A DNA stretch of 64,000 bases from Octopus bimaculoides (taxonomy: Eukaryota): NCBI RefSeq assembly GCF_001194135.2, contig NC_068991.1, positions 49,938,526 through 50,002,525 on the forward strand, read 5' to 3'. Positions 39,349 to 52,007 of the stretch are shown one piece after another. Within the stretch, counting starts at the first letter, position 1; each line of letters begins with the position of its first letter. A model generated the notes under the pieces. That model was not told the origin of the DNA. It did not search any database and worked only from the letters and a program-made list of their open reading frames with translations. Position numbers and translations under genes: made by a program.

Positions 39349-40841
39349 AAAATTATACTTTCAAAATGGACATTTGTAAATTCAAATTAGTTTCATCTCA
39401 CTTAAAACCAAATCCCAACCTCAATTCCTAATACAGTTTCCACTACACTTATTATTTTGTTTATTCTACAACTGTTTTCTAAGCTGTCATGGGTGGAATG
39501 GTTTTTCTTTGAGTAGCTATTTTTAAATCTGAAGTTCCAACTGCTAACTATTCAACTATGAAATAAGGGTTTCTAAATATGCAAGGAGATTTCTTTTGTC
39601 AATAATTGACAAAAGTAAAGAAACATCAGAGAGGTTTAACTACAAGCAGAAGTATCTTAAACATGTTGCAAGATTTTCTCTTGAAGGTGACTAAAGCATT
39701 GTTTCGTATAATTCTGATCTTCAGCAAATACCTAAGAATCACAAGCATTTTAGCCCTTAACTTATATACTTCACCTGAGTGAAGTAATGATTGTGAACTG
39801 ACAATGTGATCAGTAAAGGTTTGGGTTAAAAAAAAAGATACTATTGATGTATCACAAGAAAACAAGCATTTTGGATACAAAATCTCAGTCCAGCATTATA
39901 ACTCTATAGCCATCAAAATTTCTTCCTAAAAATGACCAATTTCAGAAAAAATATATACATTCTGATATATCTTTTGCTTATTTATTCATCATATCTTAAT
40001 TTCATCCAATTTAGTAATAACTGATTAGGAAATCCTCTTAGCAATCTAATACTAAAGAGATACTCTCAAAGAAAGATACACCTAGAAGATAATTCTGCCG
40101 ATTTGATAAGTTTTATCAAACACCATGATTAAGTACTTCAATCTGTTCATCACCAAAACAGGAAGTAAAATAAGAATTTTATCTTCATGTTTTCACTAAC
40201 AGTTTGAGGGGAAATAGTTAACAGGCAAAATATTTTATATTTAGGGGATGAAAAATGTGATACGATGGTACTACTGTCATATATTATGGGCATCAGATGT
40301 AGAAAAAGAAGAGTAAGTCACAATGCAACAAAATAATTTCTAGTAACTTTAAGAAAAAAAAAAACCCAAAAATTTTTTAAGGAAGGATACACTTTAATTC
40401 ATTCCCATTACTTTCTCCAAGCTCTTTAAGTCAGAACTGCAATACTAAAAGCATATACTAAGGCAACAAACTGGCAGAATTGTTAGCATGCCAGGCAAAA
40501 TGCTTAGAATTTCAGTCTATGTTCTGAGTTCAAATTCTCCCAAGGTTGATTTTGCCTTTTGTACTTTCGGGGTTGATAAAATAAGTACCAAATTACTGAA
40601 CCTGTGCCAGAATTTGAAACCAGTATTAAAGCATACGCTTCAAGTGAACTGTCCCTACCTCTTGGTACTTATTTATAACAAGACTGTGTTAGTGCAAGTT
40701 ATGTTGCAACCATAGATATTTCACTTTGACAATGTCTGAATATAAGCTATCATTTCTGCTGCTGATAATCTTGAGTTAGTTAGGTGACATTAAGGAATGT
40801 AAAAGAACTAAAATGGTTACAAACATGAAAAGCTTTAGATA

Positions 40842-40979
40842 AAACATGACTTTACCTCTTGCTCATCAACATTTGGCATATTATATTTCTCTAGTGGTGT
40901 GTAGATAATTCAATAATCAAGGTATCCAGATTTGATCCAAGAAACAAGCCTCATTGATTATTTAAATGTATGAAGGGCG
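40842..40979 (-). repeat. 138-bp inverted copy of 44224-44361 (interior of the 3' LTR)
   Basis: Direct base-by-base comparison gives about 5 mismatches in 138 nt. Confidence 0.9.
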
Positions 40980-42801
40980 GGTTTACACTATTGGATTAAA
41001 TTTTCCTCTATATAGATAATCACTATATCCACTCAGTTTTTACAAAACAGTGTATTATCTCCACCATCACCATCAGTCTCATTTTTCACAAATTTAAATC
41101 TTGTTAATTAAGCTGGTTTCACACAAACAAAACTCCATTATTGTCAAAAGTCAATTTTGCTTTTCTTGTTGAAACTATTGTTACTACATTTAGTAATAGT
41201 CCAGTTGTTGTGGCTACTAAACACAAATAACAATAAAATTGTTGTCTTTGCCATTGTTTTGTCTTGGTATTTTAGTTACTGTGGTTATGTAAAATAATTA
41301 CAAATGGCCACTGACAGCTGTAAATTTTTTTTTTCTTTAACCCCTGATCCATGGAGGTTGTTAAGTTAGTGAAATAATGGATTAGGTAGGCTACTTGTGT
41401 GCATTGACTGGAATAGTGACATGACTAATGAAAACCATGACTGTGAATGAAGAGAAGATTAAAATAGGGTTACTAAGTCCAAACATAAACCAGGAAATTA
41501 ATACCTCCAAAGTATTTTCTAATTTTATATTTTATCCAGCCATATGAACGTAAAGAGTTGATAGTTATTGTCACAGATGACTGGTCAGGTAAAAATATGA
41601 ACCTACATGTCAAATGATGGACAGCAGTTTATAGCCACTATTGGTACCATGGTTATGACCATAACTAAAACATTTAAAACTAGTTGACAGTCCACATAGT
41701 TCTAAAAAGAAAATATTTTAAAGGGCTAATGAAAGGAAAAATTACAGCACGAGAGACCATTGTCAGAATCTCCAAGGTTGACAAGATGCAGGGTGCAGGT
41801 TATCCTGATACCAGAAACTTAGCACAAATGCCTGAAAGTGAGTGGACTCCACTAAAAAAAACTAGATGAAGGTGTTAAATTGAATGACCACTCAAAAATA
41901 GGAATGACCTTGGTTTCTGCCAAACAAATTTCACTCACAAGTTTTTATCCAATCTTAGGCTATGACAGCAAAGACATCTGCTGAAGATGTACAGTAGGAT
42001 AAAACTTCAAACAATATACAAAGTGTACCACATGATTAATTCAACTAGCATCCCTTTAGTTTGCATTGCTGCACTTAAATTCTTCTGTCGGCCAAGAAAT
42101 TAACAGAAGAAAGTCACTGAAATATTTAGCTTTAGACCAGAGTCTTCAAATGAACTCACTCCCCATTGAAACCATTGTATTTAGATTATACAGCATTTTA
42201 TATGGCATTTAAATTGAACAAGTATCCACTACCAATGGATACCTTGATTGATTAAAAACGCTTCCACAATAGTAGTAACAATAATTTCACTATCTAATAT
42301 AATAAATGCGAAAACTAATTTCTGTGTGTCACACTTAGACCCCCTCTCTCACTATTCAATGGCACTCCTACTATTAATCATGATGGGGTGAGCGTAATAG
42401 TAGACAGAGACAGTGAGGGTGGTGGCGAAGACTGAGCGAGAGAAAGAAAAAGAGAGGGAGAGAAAGAGAGAAAGAAATTGAGGGAGAGTTGATGTTTTAT
42501 TAAAAGTGGTAGTGTTGATGGTGGCAATGATAATAAAAGAGGGAGATAATGTACAACTTGGTTTAACCATGTCTCTTTGACAAATTCCAGTCGCCAACAT
42601 ACTGAACACTATCATTTTTGTTTTATTTTTGTTTTCTTTAATACACACACACACATATATATATATAAAATACACTTTAATTGAAATAAAGTTTCCCCAA
42701 AATTAAACAAATCTAATATAATAAATGTGAATGTCAAAGGGTCAATACTTTTTCAACTTTATTCCTAGAGGCCGTTGCCCAACATATACCATTTTGGAAT
42801 C

Positions 42802-43097
42802 AGGCTGACTGTGAGTAAATTAAAAATATTCCCGGCCAAATCTGGACCCACAATCCTGAAATTTTGGATTCCGAAGTTTTCATTTCTGTGATTGCATTCA
42901 GCGATTTTTTTACATGACTTTTTGCGACAAATTTTTTTGTACGATACTTTTTATAATCTAAAGGCTAACTCTGTGAGTAAATTAAAAACATTCAGGGCCA
43001 AATCTGGACCTACAATCCTGAAATTTTGGATTCCTACGTTTTCATTACTGCAATTGTCTTCAACAATTTCTTTTTTTTTACATGATGTTTTGCAATG
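42802..43097. repeat. Diverged tandem duplication, ~160-bp period
   Basis: AGGCTGACTGTGAGTAAATTAAAAA..GGCCAAATCTGGACC.ACAATCCTGAAATTTTGGATTCC at 42802 and again at 42962. Confidence 0.9.
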
Positions 43098-43190
43098 AAT
43101 ATGATCATCATTGGGATATGACTCTGGAGGAAGCAATTGCAACAAATTCTCCAAAACAAGTCAGAGATCTGTTTGCAGATCTTCCCATCC
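43096..43190 (+). mobile_element. Helitron Rep/helicase remnant
   Basis: EYDHHWDMTLEEAIATNSPKQVRDLFADL matches the Helitron segment D..W..TL.EA....SP.Q.R.LF. Short match only. Confidence 0.55.
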
Positions 43191-43554
43191 GGGAGTCAGT
43201 TGCTTAAAAGCTATATACTAGCTTAAAAGCCACCCTATTGGGAAGCTTTTAAACTAGTCCTTTAATGATAACTAAAATATACTGAAATTATTGTCTCCAT
43301 TATTGGACTGTTGCTTCAAAACTTTCAGAATAAATTCATCTTGGATTGTGAAAAATAAATAGCTTATAAACCTGATAGTTCTACCATCAGCAAATATAAC
43401 TTTTATTCACAGAGTAAATATATCATTAAGAAAAAAGAAAAAGGTTTTAACTAAATTGAGAAAAAGATTGAGACAAAATTTTTAAATAATTACAAGAAAT
43501 AGAATTTGTAATTTACAAACAACAATATAAGATGGCCATAAATGCAATTAACTT

Positions 43555-44954
43555 TGTAGCGTAGACTCTATATGTGCATTCGAACGTAGCAGGGACCAAC
43601 TGGCCTTTGGCCGCTCTTCAATTATATATTTATTGTATCGACTGTGTGATGTACTAAAGAGCTATTCTCGTCACCTCACATTGCACAGTCGCTACAAATT
43701 GGTAACCCCGATTTAGAACACGCATTGTTTTCCATAGTTCAGTGCCATTTTTCATATTACTTTAAAGATTAACCATTCTTTCTAATTTCATATCTTCACT
43801 ACAAATATATTTTCTTTTTATTGTTTATTTTGTCTCCAACAAAATGACTGGTGAGTGGCTATATGTAGCATAGACTATATGTACATTCGAATGAAGTAGA
43901 GACCAACTGGCCTTCGGCTGCTATTCGTATCCTGTTGTGTCAACTACTCTGATTGGTTGGTATTGGTGCAATTTGTCTCCTACTCTGTTGTGTCAGCTGA
44001 CCGCAGATAGCCAATCAGAGACTTTACATAGTATCATGTGAACAACCTTTTTCAAACCCTATTTCGAGCCAACTACTTTCTATAAAAATCCTGGCTTTTC
44101 TTCAATACACATCTTTGGTTCCTGACCTTTTATGGTCAAGCCACTGACCACATAGACACAGCCAGTTCCAGTGACAACACCACAGCAGCTACTCAGACTT
44201 ACCAACTTCATCCAACAGCATTACGCCCTTCATACATTTAAATAATCAATGAGGCTTGTTTCTTGGATCAAATCTGGATACCTTGATTACTGAATTATCT
44301 ACACACCGCTACAGAAATATAATATGTCAAACGTTGATGAGCAAGAGGTAAAGTCATGTTTGCCACAATCATCATCTTAACGTTGTCAACATCATCTCTC
44401 TATGTACACAGCTCAGCAAGCAATTCACCCAGGTTCCAACACTGCACTGTTTGTGCACAGATCAACAACGACTATACAACCTGCATGAACTCCTGTATCA
44501 CGTGAACCAGGCAGCAGCATCACAGCCACAACTTCACATACGACATGTACCTGTAACCATCTCCGCATCATGACTAACTTCTTGATACAGTATTTCAACT
44601 ACCCTGTACTAGTGACTATGAACTGGTATTATTGATCTTTTCACTTCTCTCTATAGACTCTTTCACTGTCAACTTAACATCCTTAAACACACACACACAC
44701 ACACACCCATGCCTATACACACATACACGCATAAACTTTCTTCTCACAACAGCCTGTCAATTTATTTCTGTATCCATGATGCACACACACACAAACACAA
44801 ACATTATATCAATAAATCTCTTAATCATTCTACACGGTTGTGTCTTTTTCCCTCTGGCAAATATAAGTAGCATTCAAATCCATATATTTATTGTATCAAC
44901 CATGAGATGTACTAAAGAGCCATTCTTGTCACCTCACATTGCACGGTCTCTACA
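43555..44954 (+). mobile_element. Non-autonomous LTR retroelement (TRIM-like, Gypsy-type signals): 5' LTR 43555-43696, internal 43697-43863, long 3' LTR 43864-44954
   Basis: Both repeats start TGTAGC and end CTACA. They share ~65 bp at the 5' end and ~75 bp at the 3' end. PBS TGGTAACCCCGA at 43700-43711 resembles the complement of the tRNA-Trp 3' end. A purine-rich GGTGAGTGG lies just before the 3' LTR. ACTT flanks both ends (43551-43554, 44955-44958). No gag/pol coding sequence. Confidence 0.8.
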
Positions 44955-45146
44955 ACTTCATAAGACACAGATTCAAGTAAAAACAAAAACAAAAGAAATT
45001 GGAAATTCAAATAAAAAGGACACTTTTAAACCTGAAGAAAATCATACTAAAATTAAAAGTTAGGAGCACTGCCTCTTAAGTATTTTACATTATATTCATT
45101 GTTGATAGATTGATTTCTTAGAGACTATCATTATATTTCTTTTCAG

Positions 45147-45276
45147 AGCATGGATTTTATTCAATATACAAATAAAGTTTGATCATATATTTAATCTGCA
45201 AATTTACAGACGGCAAATTTACAGATTGACTGATGATGGATTTACAACAGAATGTATTCAACAGTCAGAATTACAG
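45147..45276 (+). CDS. Candidate coding exon, phase 2-0: AWILFNIQIKFDHIFNLQIYRRQIYRLTDDGFTTECIQQSELQ
   Basis: Acceptor ATTTCTTTTCAG| and donor CAG|GTAATA. 43 open codons; the other two frames are closed. Confidence 0.45.
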
Positions 45277-45839
45277 GTAATATACTTATAGCTATGTAAT
45301 TATCTGTGATGAATCTACCACAATGGAAGGACATTCTCTCTCTAAAAGTACATTTGTTAATCTAACAGCAAAGTGAATGAAAAATTAATAGCATTATTAA
45401 GACTTCCATCAATTTAACTTAAATAGCATAATTTAAAGATTTAAAAAAATTATTTAGTCTGAGGAGGGAACCCAGTGCTTATAACTTCTTGAATAGGGTT
45501 CAGTTTGGACTCTTACACGGTAGTATTTATTCCAGCAAAGATGATAAACAAAGAGAGGTCAGAAGGATGGCTCCAAAGAAGAAAGACTGCAAAGTGTTTA
45601 GTGTCAGAGATGATGAATTACATAATCAGAAGGCAGTTAAGTAAAATAACAAAGACAGTATAATAATAGACTACATCTGCAAGCAGCAGCATTCTATAGA
45701 ATGCCACTAACAATAGAGAATGTAAGGCTACTCCAATATTCCAGGAACTCAGAGTGGAAAAAACATCAGGTTAGAAAATAATGATCAATATTGATCTGAT
45801 CAATAACCATAACCACAATGCAGTAACCAACATTACTGC

Positions 45840-46250
45840 TGAATGAACAAAATTCTGAAGTGGACAATTTCAAATGCCTTGGATTCACTCAGAGCAACAA
45901 CAATAAAGGAGATAAAAGAAAACATTTGGCCTAAACTGCCTTGATGAAACTGAATGTCATAAAAGCAATTTCATCAAATTTTCAACAAGCTTCAAACTAC
46001 ACAACTCCTTGGTGAATGATCTTCTGGTATGGATACAAAAGCTGGAGGGTTACAAATGAGATGGAAGGTAGCATTCAGGCATTCAATTTCAAATGTTTCA
46101 AAAAGCTGCTTTGCATCTTGTACAAAAGGCACAAGACAAAAAGCTCTGTCAGACAGTAAGTTGCCAAACATGTTGGCAAGCAAGAATTACTTATTACCAT
46201 ATGAAAATGACAAAAGTCCACCAGCTCTGGCCATACATTCCAACATGATA
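45840..46250 (+). mobile_element. Degenerate RTE (BovB-like) LINE RT C-terminal fragment
   Basis: SEVDNFKCLG and GYKSWRVTNEMEGSIQAFNFKCFKKLLCILYKRHKTK (cf. GCESWTL..ERRIQAFE.KC.RKLL.I.Y.EHKTN). Confidence 0.7.
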
Positions 46251-46720
46251 TCCAGTCCAAAACTAATTTTCCATGTGTGTACGTGTGTGCACATGCGCGT
46301 GTGTGTACGAGTGAGCACGTGTACATGCGTGTACGTGTACGAGTGTGTGCGTGCATGCACAAGTGTGTGTGTGTGCGAATGTGCATGTACGAGTGTTTAT
46401 GTGTGTGCGTGTTTCTGCATTAGGTACATTATTAAACACACACACATCTACACGCAACAGCTGACATGCGAGAATGTATGTCTGTATGCGTCTCTCTTAC
46501 TATATGTGTATGACTGTATGTGACAGTATGTACAAATTCATTCTGCACAACACCTGGAGCTGCTTTCAGACATGACCCATCCCTTTCTTATAAAAATGAT
46601 AACTGTCCAAATTGGTGTGCTAAACTCAAATTGTCGTTTATGCAAAGCTTTAAAATTTACTCCTCAAACATTGTCATTATTACTGCACTTTCCAGTATCA
46701 CCTGTTTCGACATAACTGTA

Positions 46721-46756
<36 letters not shown>

Positions 46757-46925
46757 GCACTGTCGCTTACGACGTCGAGGGTTCTAGTTGATCTGATCAA
46801 CGGAACAGCTTGCTCATGAAATTAATGTGCAAGTGGCTGAGCACTCCAGACACGTATACCCTACATATAACACACACACACACACATACATATAACACAC
46901 ACACACACACATATACATATAACAC

Positions 46926-46977
<52 letters not shown>

Positions 46978-46998
46978 NNNNNNNNNNACATATAACAC

Positions 46999-47077
<79 letters not shown>

Positions 47078-48509
47078 CACATAGTATCCTTTGCCCTTTA
47101 AACTTCCATACACAGGTCAACATACAACCTAAATATGTCAACTAGGTCTCCATAAACAAATCTCAATGAGGATGTGGCAACCCAGTTCTCAACATCAGCA
47201 ATAAAGACAATAGCTATACAAAGGAAACAGACATGTGGTGCACCACTCACTCCTATACACAGCTAAAAAAACCCTCTCAAATCACACCTGCTGAGGTTCA
47301 CAATATTTGATAATCTCTAATAGTGACTACAAAACAAAGATATTTTCAGAACTGGTGGTTAATTGGCAAAAATATGACAATCCCCAAATACAACAATGAC
47401 AATAGAGTACTTAACTGAATAGTTGCTAACTTTCAGCAAGTGTGACTCACACCATACTTAGGACAGTGTAGGAGGACATCTACACAAACCACAAACATCC
47501 TAGACTGTATCTAAAGGTAATTTAACTGAATGACAAAAATTTATTCTCTGACTCCCAACAACTACTAGCCCACAAGCGTTTTTTTTTTTTTATCTTGCTT
47601 TCAGTTCTTCTGAAAATACATACTACAACCATTACTTATCTAATTCTAACTGCACCATTTTCATGCGTTTCCATCAACCTCCTCAAACTCTGTACTTAAA
47701 TCTTGGCTCAATCCTTTCTTTCAATAACTACAGCCTTTTGGAACTTCATTTTCTCTATAGACAGTCTACAAAAGTTCAAATTAAATAACTACATCAACAT
47801 AACCATGCTTGGAAAATCACGTTCATCCAACAACACTGATATAATGATTCAATATGAGTGGCTTCCATTGCTTTCAAACTTAGTTTTTCTACAGTCACAT
47901 ATCAAAAATAATAGTTTTTCACCAACCAAATATCTTTTTCTACACTTGAACTTATTTCTACTCTGGAATTGAAAGTGTAACTTAAAGGATAGAAAGGTTG
48001 TTAATATGTCTTCTAAGGTTACTTGTCCCTTTATCTCAGAAATAGAATACTATTACATAATCACTAGATAGTACCTCTCAGTCCAACAAATTCCAGGCTT
48101 CTGTACAACTTTCATATCAGATAACATTTTTTTAAAGCCACTTTACTCAATTCACACTTTGCTCTCAACAAAAATTTATTAAAAAAAAAAAAAAAAAAAA
48201 AAAAAATCAACATAATATTCTTTGTCTTTGTAAATATGTAATCTTCTGCCTAAGTACAATATAATTATGGAGATGATGGAAACGGAAATGTTCAATAGTC
48301 ATAATACCAGTGAGTTCAAATAGCCATCATTTCATTTGTTTAATCAATAAAACAAATGGTCATTCTCTCTCTCACCGGGTAACAATGTACCTCGTCTACA
48401 GCAAGATACCTGTTTCTGTCTCTGTCACACTAACTTTTCATCATTTGGGAGAAGATCACCTCCTCCAATGCCCCCTCTCCTCTCAAATGGTCTTTGTCTT
48501 GCATGTTAC

Positions 48510-48730
48510 TTGGTGACGCTGCCGGAGCTGGTGCCATGTAAAAAGCACTCAGTTCACTCTGTGAGGTGGTTAGTGTTAGGAAGGGTATCCAGCTGTAAAA
48601 AAAAAAAAAAAAAAAAAAACATGCCAAAACAGACACTGAAGCCTGGTGCAGTCTTCTGCCTTGCCAGCTCCTGTCAAACCATCTAACCCATGCCAGCATG
48701 GAAAGCAGGCATTAATTGATGAATGATGAT
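48510..48730 (+). mobile_element. Stand-alone RTE 3'-tail repeat (family E)
   Basis: AAAAAGCAC..GTGGTTAGTGTTAGGAAGGGTATCCAGCTGTAAAA..AACCCATGCCAGCATGGAAA..GATGAATGATGAT. It matches 33480-33655. Other copies lie at ~470-572, ~6230-6340, ~55745-55910(-) and ~63200-63360. Confidence 0.75.
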
Positions 48731-51700
48731 ACTGGAAGGATTCAACCACATTGTGCACAATAAAAGAAATGCTTAATTTCTAAGTTCTCAGCAAATATTT
48801 TGGAATATTCATGCATATCATTTATTCTTACTTATAAATCTTTTTTTTTTTAAATTATTTTTAGCATTCATTTATGATAATAATTCATAGATTCTAATTT
48901 GCATGTTTTTTGGCAACAGTTTTCCCCAAGTAACAGCTATGACTAGTACACAGGACATGAATTATCTTGGTTTTGTATGTGAGAGACACTAATGAAGCTT
49001 CCGTTTGGAGATGGGCACATCCCTACTCATTGAAAGCATGTTGCAATAAGTTTTAAGGTCACAAATTTAGAAAGATGGAGGTTAGTCTATTAAATCAACT
49101 CCTGTATTTTATTTTATCAATTCCAGAAGGACAAACAGTACAGTTGACTTCAGCAGGATTTGAACTCGGAACATAAAAGCTAGAACAAATACTAGAAGGC
49201 ATTTTGTCTAATGCTCTCATGGTTCTGCCAATCCATCCCTCTAGTTTATAGTAACAATAATAGCAATATAACAATAAGAACAGTTGTGACAATGTTGAAA
49301 GGCTAGAGTGCCAACATAAATAAGGACATAGGTTTTGAAAGTAAGGCAGTTAAGAGATAAATAGAAAAGGCTAAAACTGTGTTTATGTGTATGTGTGCAT
49401 GTATGACTACATGTGTACAAAATTGAAAGAGGTAAAACAGAAGCAGTATAGATAGGCAAAACATAAATAATAACTTAAGACTAGTTTCTAAAAATAAAAT
49501 AATTTCTGAAAACAGAGAAAGCAGAGAGGAAGCAGTTTGGAATTTGATACCAAGATTACATGAATATAGGTCAAACAATATGGACTAGAATTATAGAAAT
49601 GTCCTAATTATTTCAATTGCATATCATATGTGCAAAGACAAAAAAAACTGTAGCAACAGTGAATTCCACAGAATTATAAGATTATCTTTTAACCCAAAAG
49701 GATCAAGAGCAATGTTAAATTCCAGCATTAAACAGAAGAAACAAATCCATTTCTAGGCCAAAAAAAAAAAAAATTAAATTAAATAAATAAAAACTGGTCT
49801 GATGCAAGTAAATTTGCCCACAAAGAAATGAAACAAAATTCAGATATTTATTTTTCCATATCAAAGTAAACTAAGTCAATGTAGAATTGTGTCTCACAGT
49901 CAGAAGTACAAAGTTCCTGCTGTGGATGCGCATGCCTTTCACCATTTGCAAAAAGAGATTTCTGAAGTAGTTTAGCTTTGTATAAAGTGTAAACAAATAT
50001 TTAATAAATAACTAATCAACCCCTAAACTTCAACGAAAAAAATTTTGATAAATTGTCTAAATCATTCAAACATCAAAAGACCTACAGTATTTAGTCACAA
50101 CCATTTATGTCCTGAGTTCAAATCATCCTGATACCATCTTTAGCTTTCATCTTTCTGAAGTTGATAAAGTACCAATCAAGTACTGGGGCATGGGGTGATT
50201 CCTATAATGTTTTCAAAATGTGAATGGAATTATAATAGACAATTTTTACAATGGAAATTTATGTCAAATGTAAATGTGAGAGGAACATTTTCAAACTCAC
50301 AATCATCACAACTCTTTTTACCTTTCAGACATGGATAAAGATGCAGAATCCTCTTTTATCAGTTTTATAAGTCCACCTTGGCAATTCATCAGAAAAGCAG
50401 ATTATCAGCCAAAAGGTCAAAGATTCATCTCCAATGACTGTATAATTTACAAAGACAATTTTCATTGACCCAGTTCTTCAAGCTGGAAATAGTTACAGTC
50501 AGCTGTGGTATAGCAGAATTGACAAGCAAGCACAATAGTAGACAGGCACAGCCAGCCAAAAAAGATGCCCTTTGACTGCTTAACAATATGGAAATTGAAC
50601 TATGCTCCAAGATATATCATTATTGTCTGTGCAGGACATCTGATGGAGTGAGCTGAACAAGTATTTATTATGGTATATTGACTCCTTACATTTGACTGGT
50701 GTCTTGTCTGGGTTCTACTCTTCCACACATCTACTGACACTAAAAAAATTTCATCTAACTTGGAGATTACTGAATCACAGGAAATAAACTCAATTTTATC
50801 TAAGTATACCCTAATTAATTTCTGCAGTCTGCACTAAACCATCCCTCCACCACTTTTACTATGCACATGTTCACCTTACTAAAAAGAAGAATGTATTTAT
50901 AATAGATATTTAATATTTTCTGTTACAGTAAGCACAGTATATTGCAGGACAAAAAATAATTTATGAGCAAACTACATGTGTACAATACACAATGTAGTTT
51001 ACGTTAGAACCCAGTTTAACATAACATTTCGAAAACATCTTTATTTCTGACAGGTAAGAGATGTGAAATAAATGCAACTGTCCTATTAGCCAAGCACACA
51101 AATGTTTGTAGCAAACTTGGAATCAAAATAAGTCCAATAGACATCTATTCCGTTATTTTCCTAGACAGTAAGATAATAATATAGGTTACAGCAATCAAGT
51201 AATACAAACATCAAACTTGTTACATGTCACCTTATTAATGTTTTTGGTATTTTTCATCATCCATAATTATTCTAGGTAAAATAAAATGAGTGAAAGATGG
51301 TGAAATATATATCTGCATATATTATAGAAAAATGAAAAAAAAAAAGGAGTGCCAGAGAACAAAAGTAAGCTTCTTTTATGATAAGCTTGACTTTGTTTCT
51401 CAGTTGGAACTAAAGATGTTAAGCTATTTCTTCAATCCATTTATATGGTTTTCTATTGAATGTTCTAGAAAATTTTAAAATAAGCACAAACTTATTTAAA
51501 CAAAAGTAGAATAGATTGATCTCTAGGTATTGTATTCATTTATTGGTTGCTCTCTGACAGGTTTGTGATCAAGTCTGTGACAGTGGGGATCTCCAGGGAC
51601 CTGGGCCCCGCTGCCAGACAACATCCTTGCTCACTACTATTGAGGTGGAAATGGCTATCTGCAAGTGCAAGCTCCATGAGTTAGAGTGACTGCTCCAGCG

Positions 51701-52007
51701 CTTCTCCCTCACCATCCTCCAGAACAACACTTTTTCCATTTTTCTACTAAGACCATGATGCAAACTGACAAGCCTTTTTAGATATTTCTTTGCTGTGAGG
51801 AAAAGGAAAGATATGATGATCTGGGCAGGGCCTGCCATCAGATTTAGAAAACTATTTCAGAACATACTACGAGACAAATATCTTTGCTCATTTGTCTATT
51901 GAATAAGGTTCATCCAGAGTAACTATTATTAGTAAGAGAGATTCATCTGTTCAGAAATTACTCCAATAATTTACAAGTAAATATCCATATTTACACACCA
52001 TCAAATC

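Noticed and set aside
39626-39880. 84-aa minus ORF with an overlapping open antisense frame
   Set aside because: No recognisable domain, ambiguous splice signals, and compatible with chance in AT-rich DNA.
43841-43857. ATGACTG|GTGAGT as a first coding exon
   Set aside because: It coincides with the element's polypurine tract and gives early stops when joined to the downstream acceptors at 45147-45225.
44380-44620. Peptide HTTCTCNHLRIMTNF resembling an adhesion-GPCR GPS motif (C.C.HLT.F)
   Set aside because: It lies inside the 3' LTR, the frame has stops nearby, and the upstream C..W..W..GC part of the motif is missing; likely chance.
46911-47077. Apparent tandem duplication of ACATATAACACA(GA)n on both sides of a 10-N gap
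   Set aside because: Identical sequence flanking a nominal gap is typical of unmerged overlapping contig ends, so it is probably an assembly artefact.
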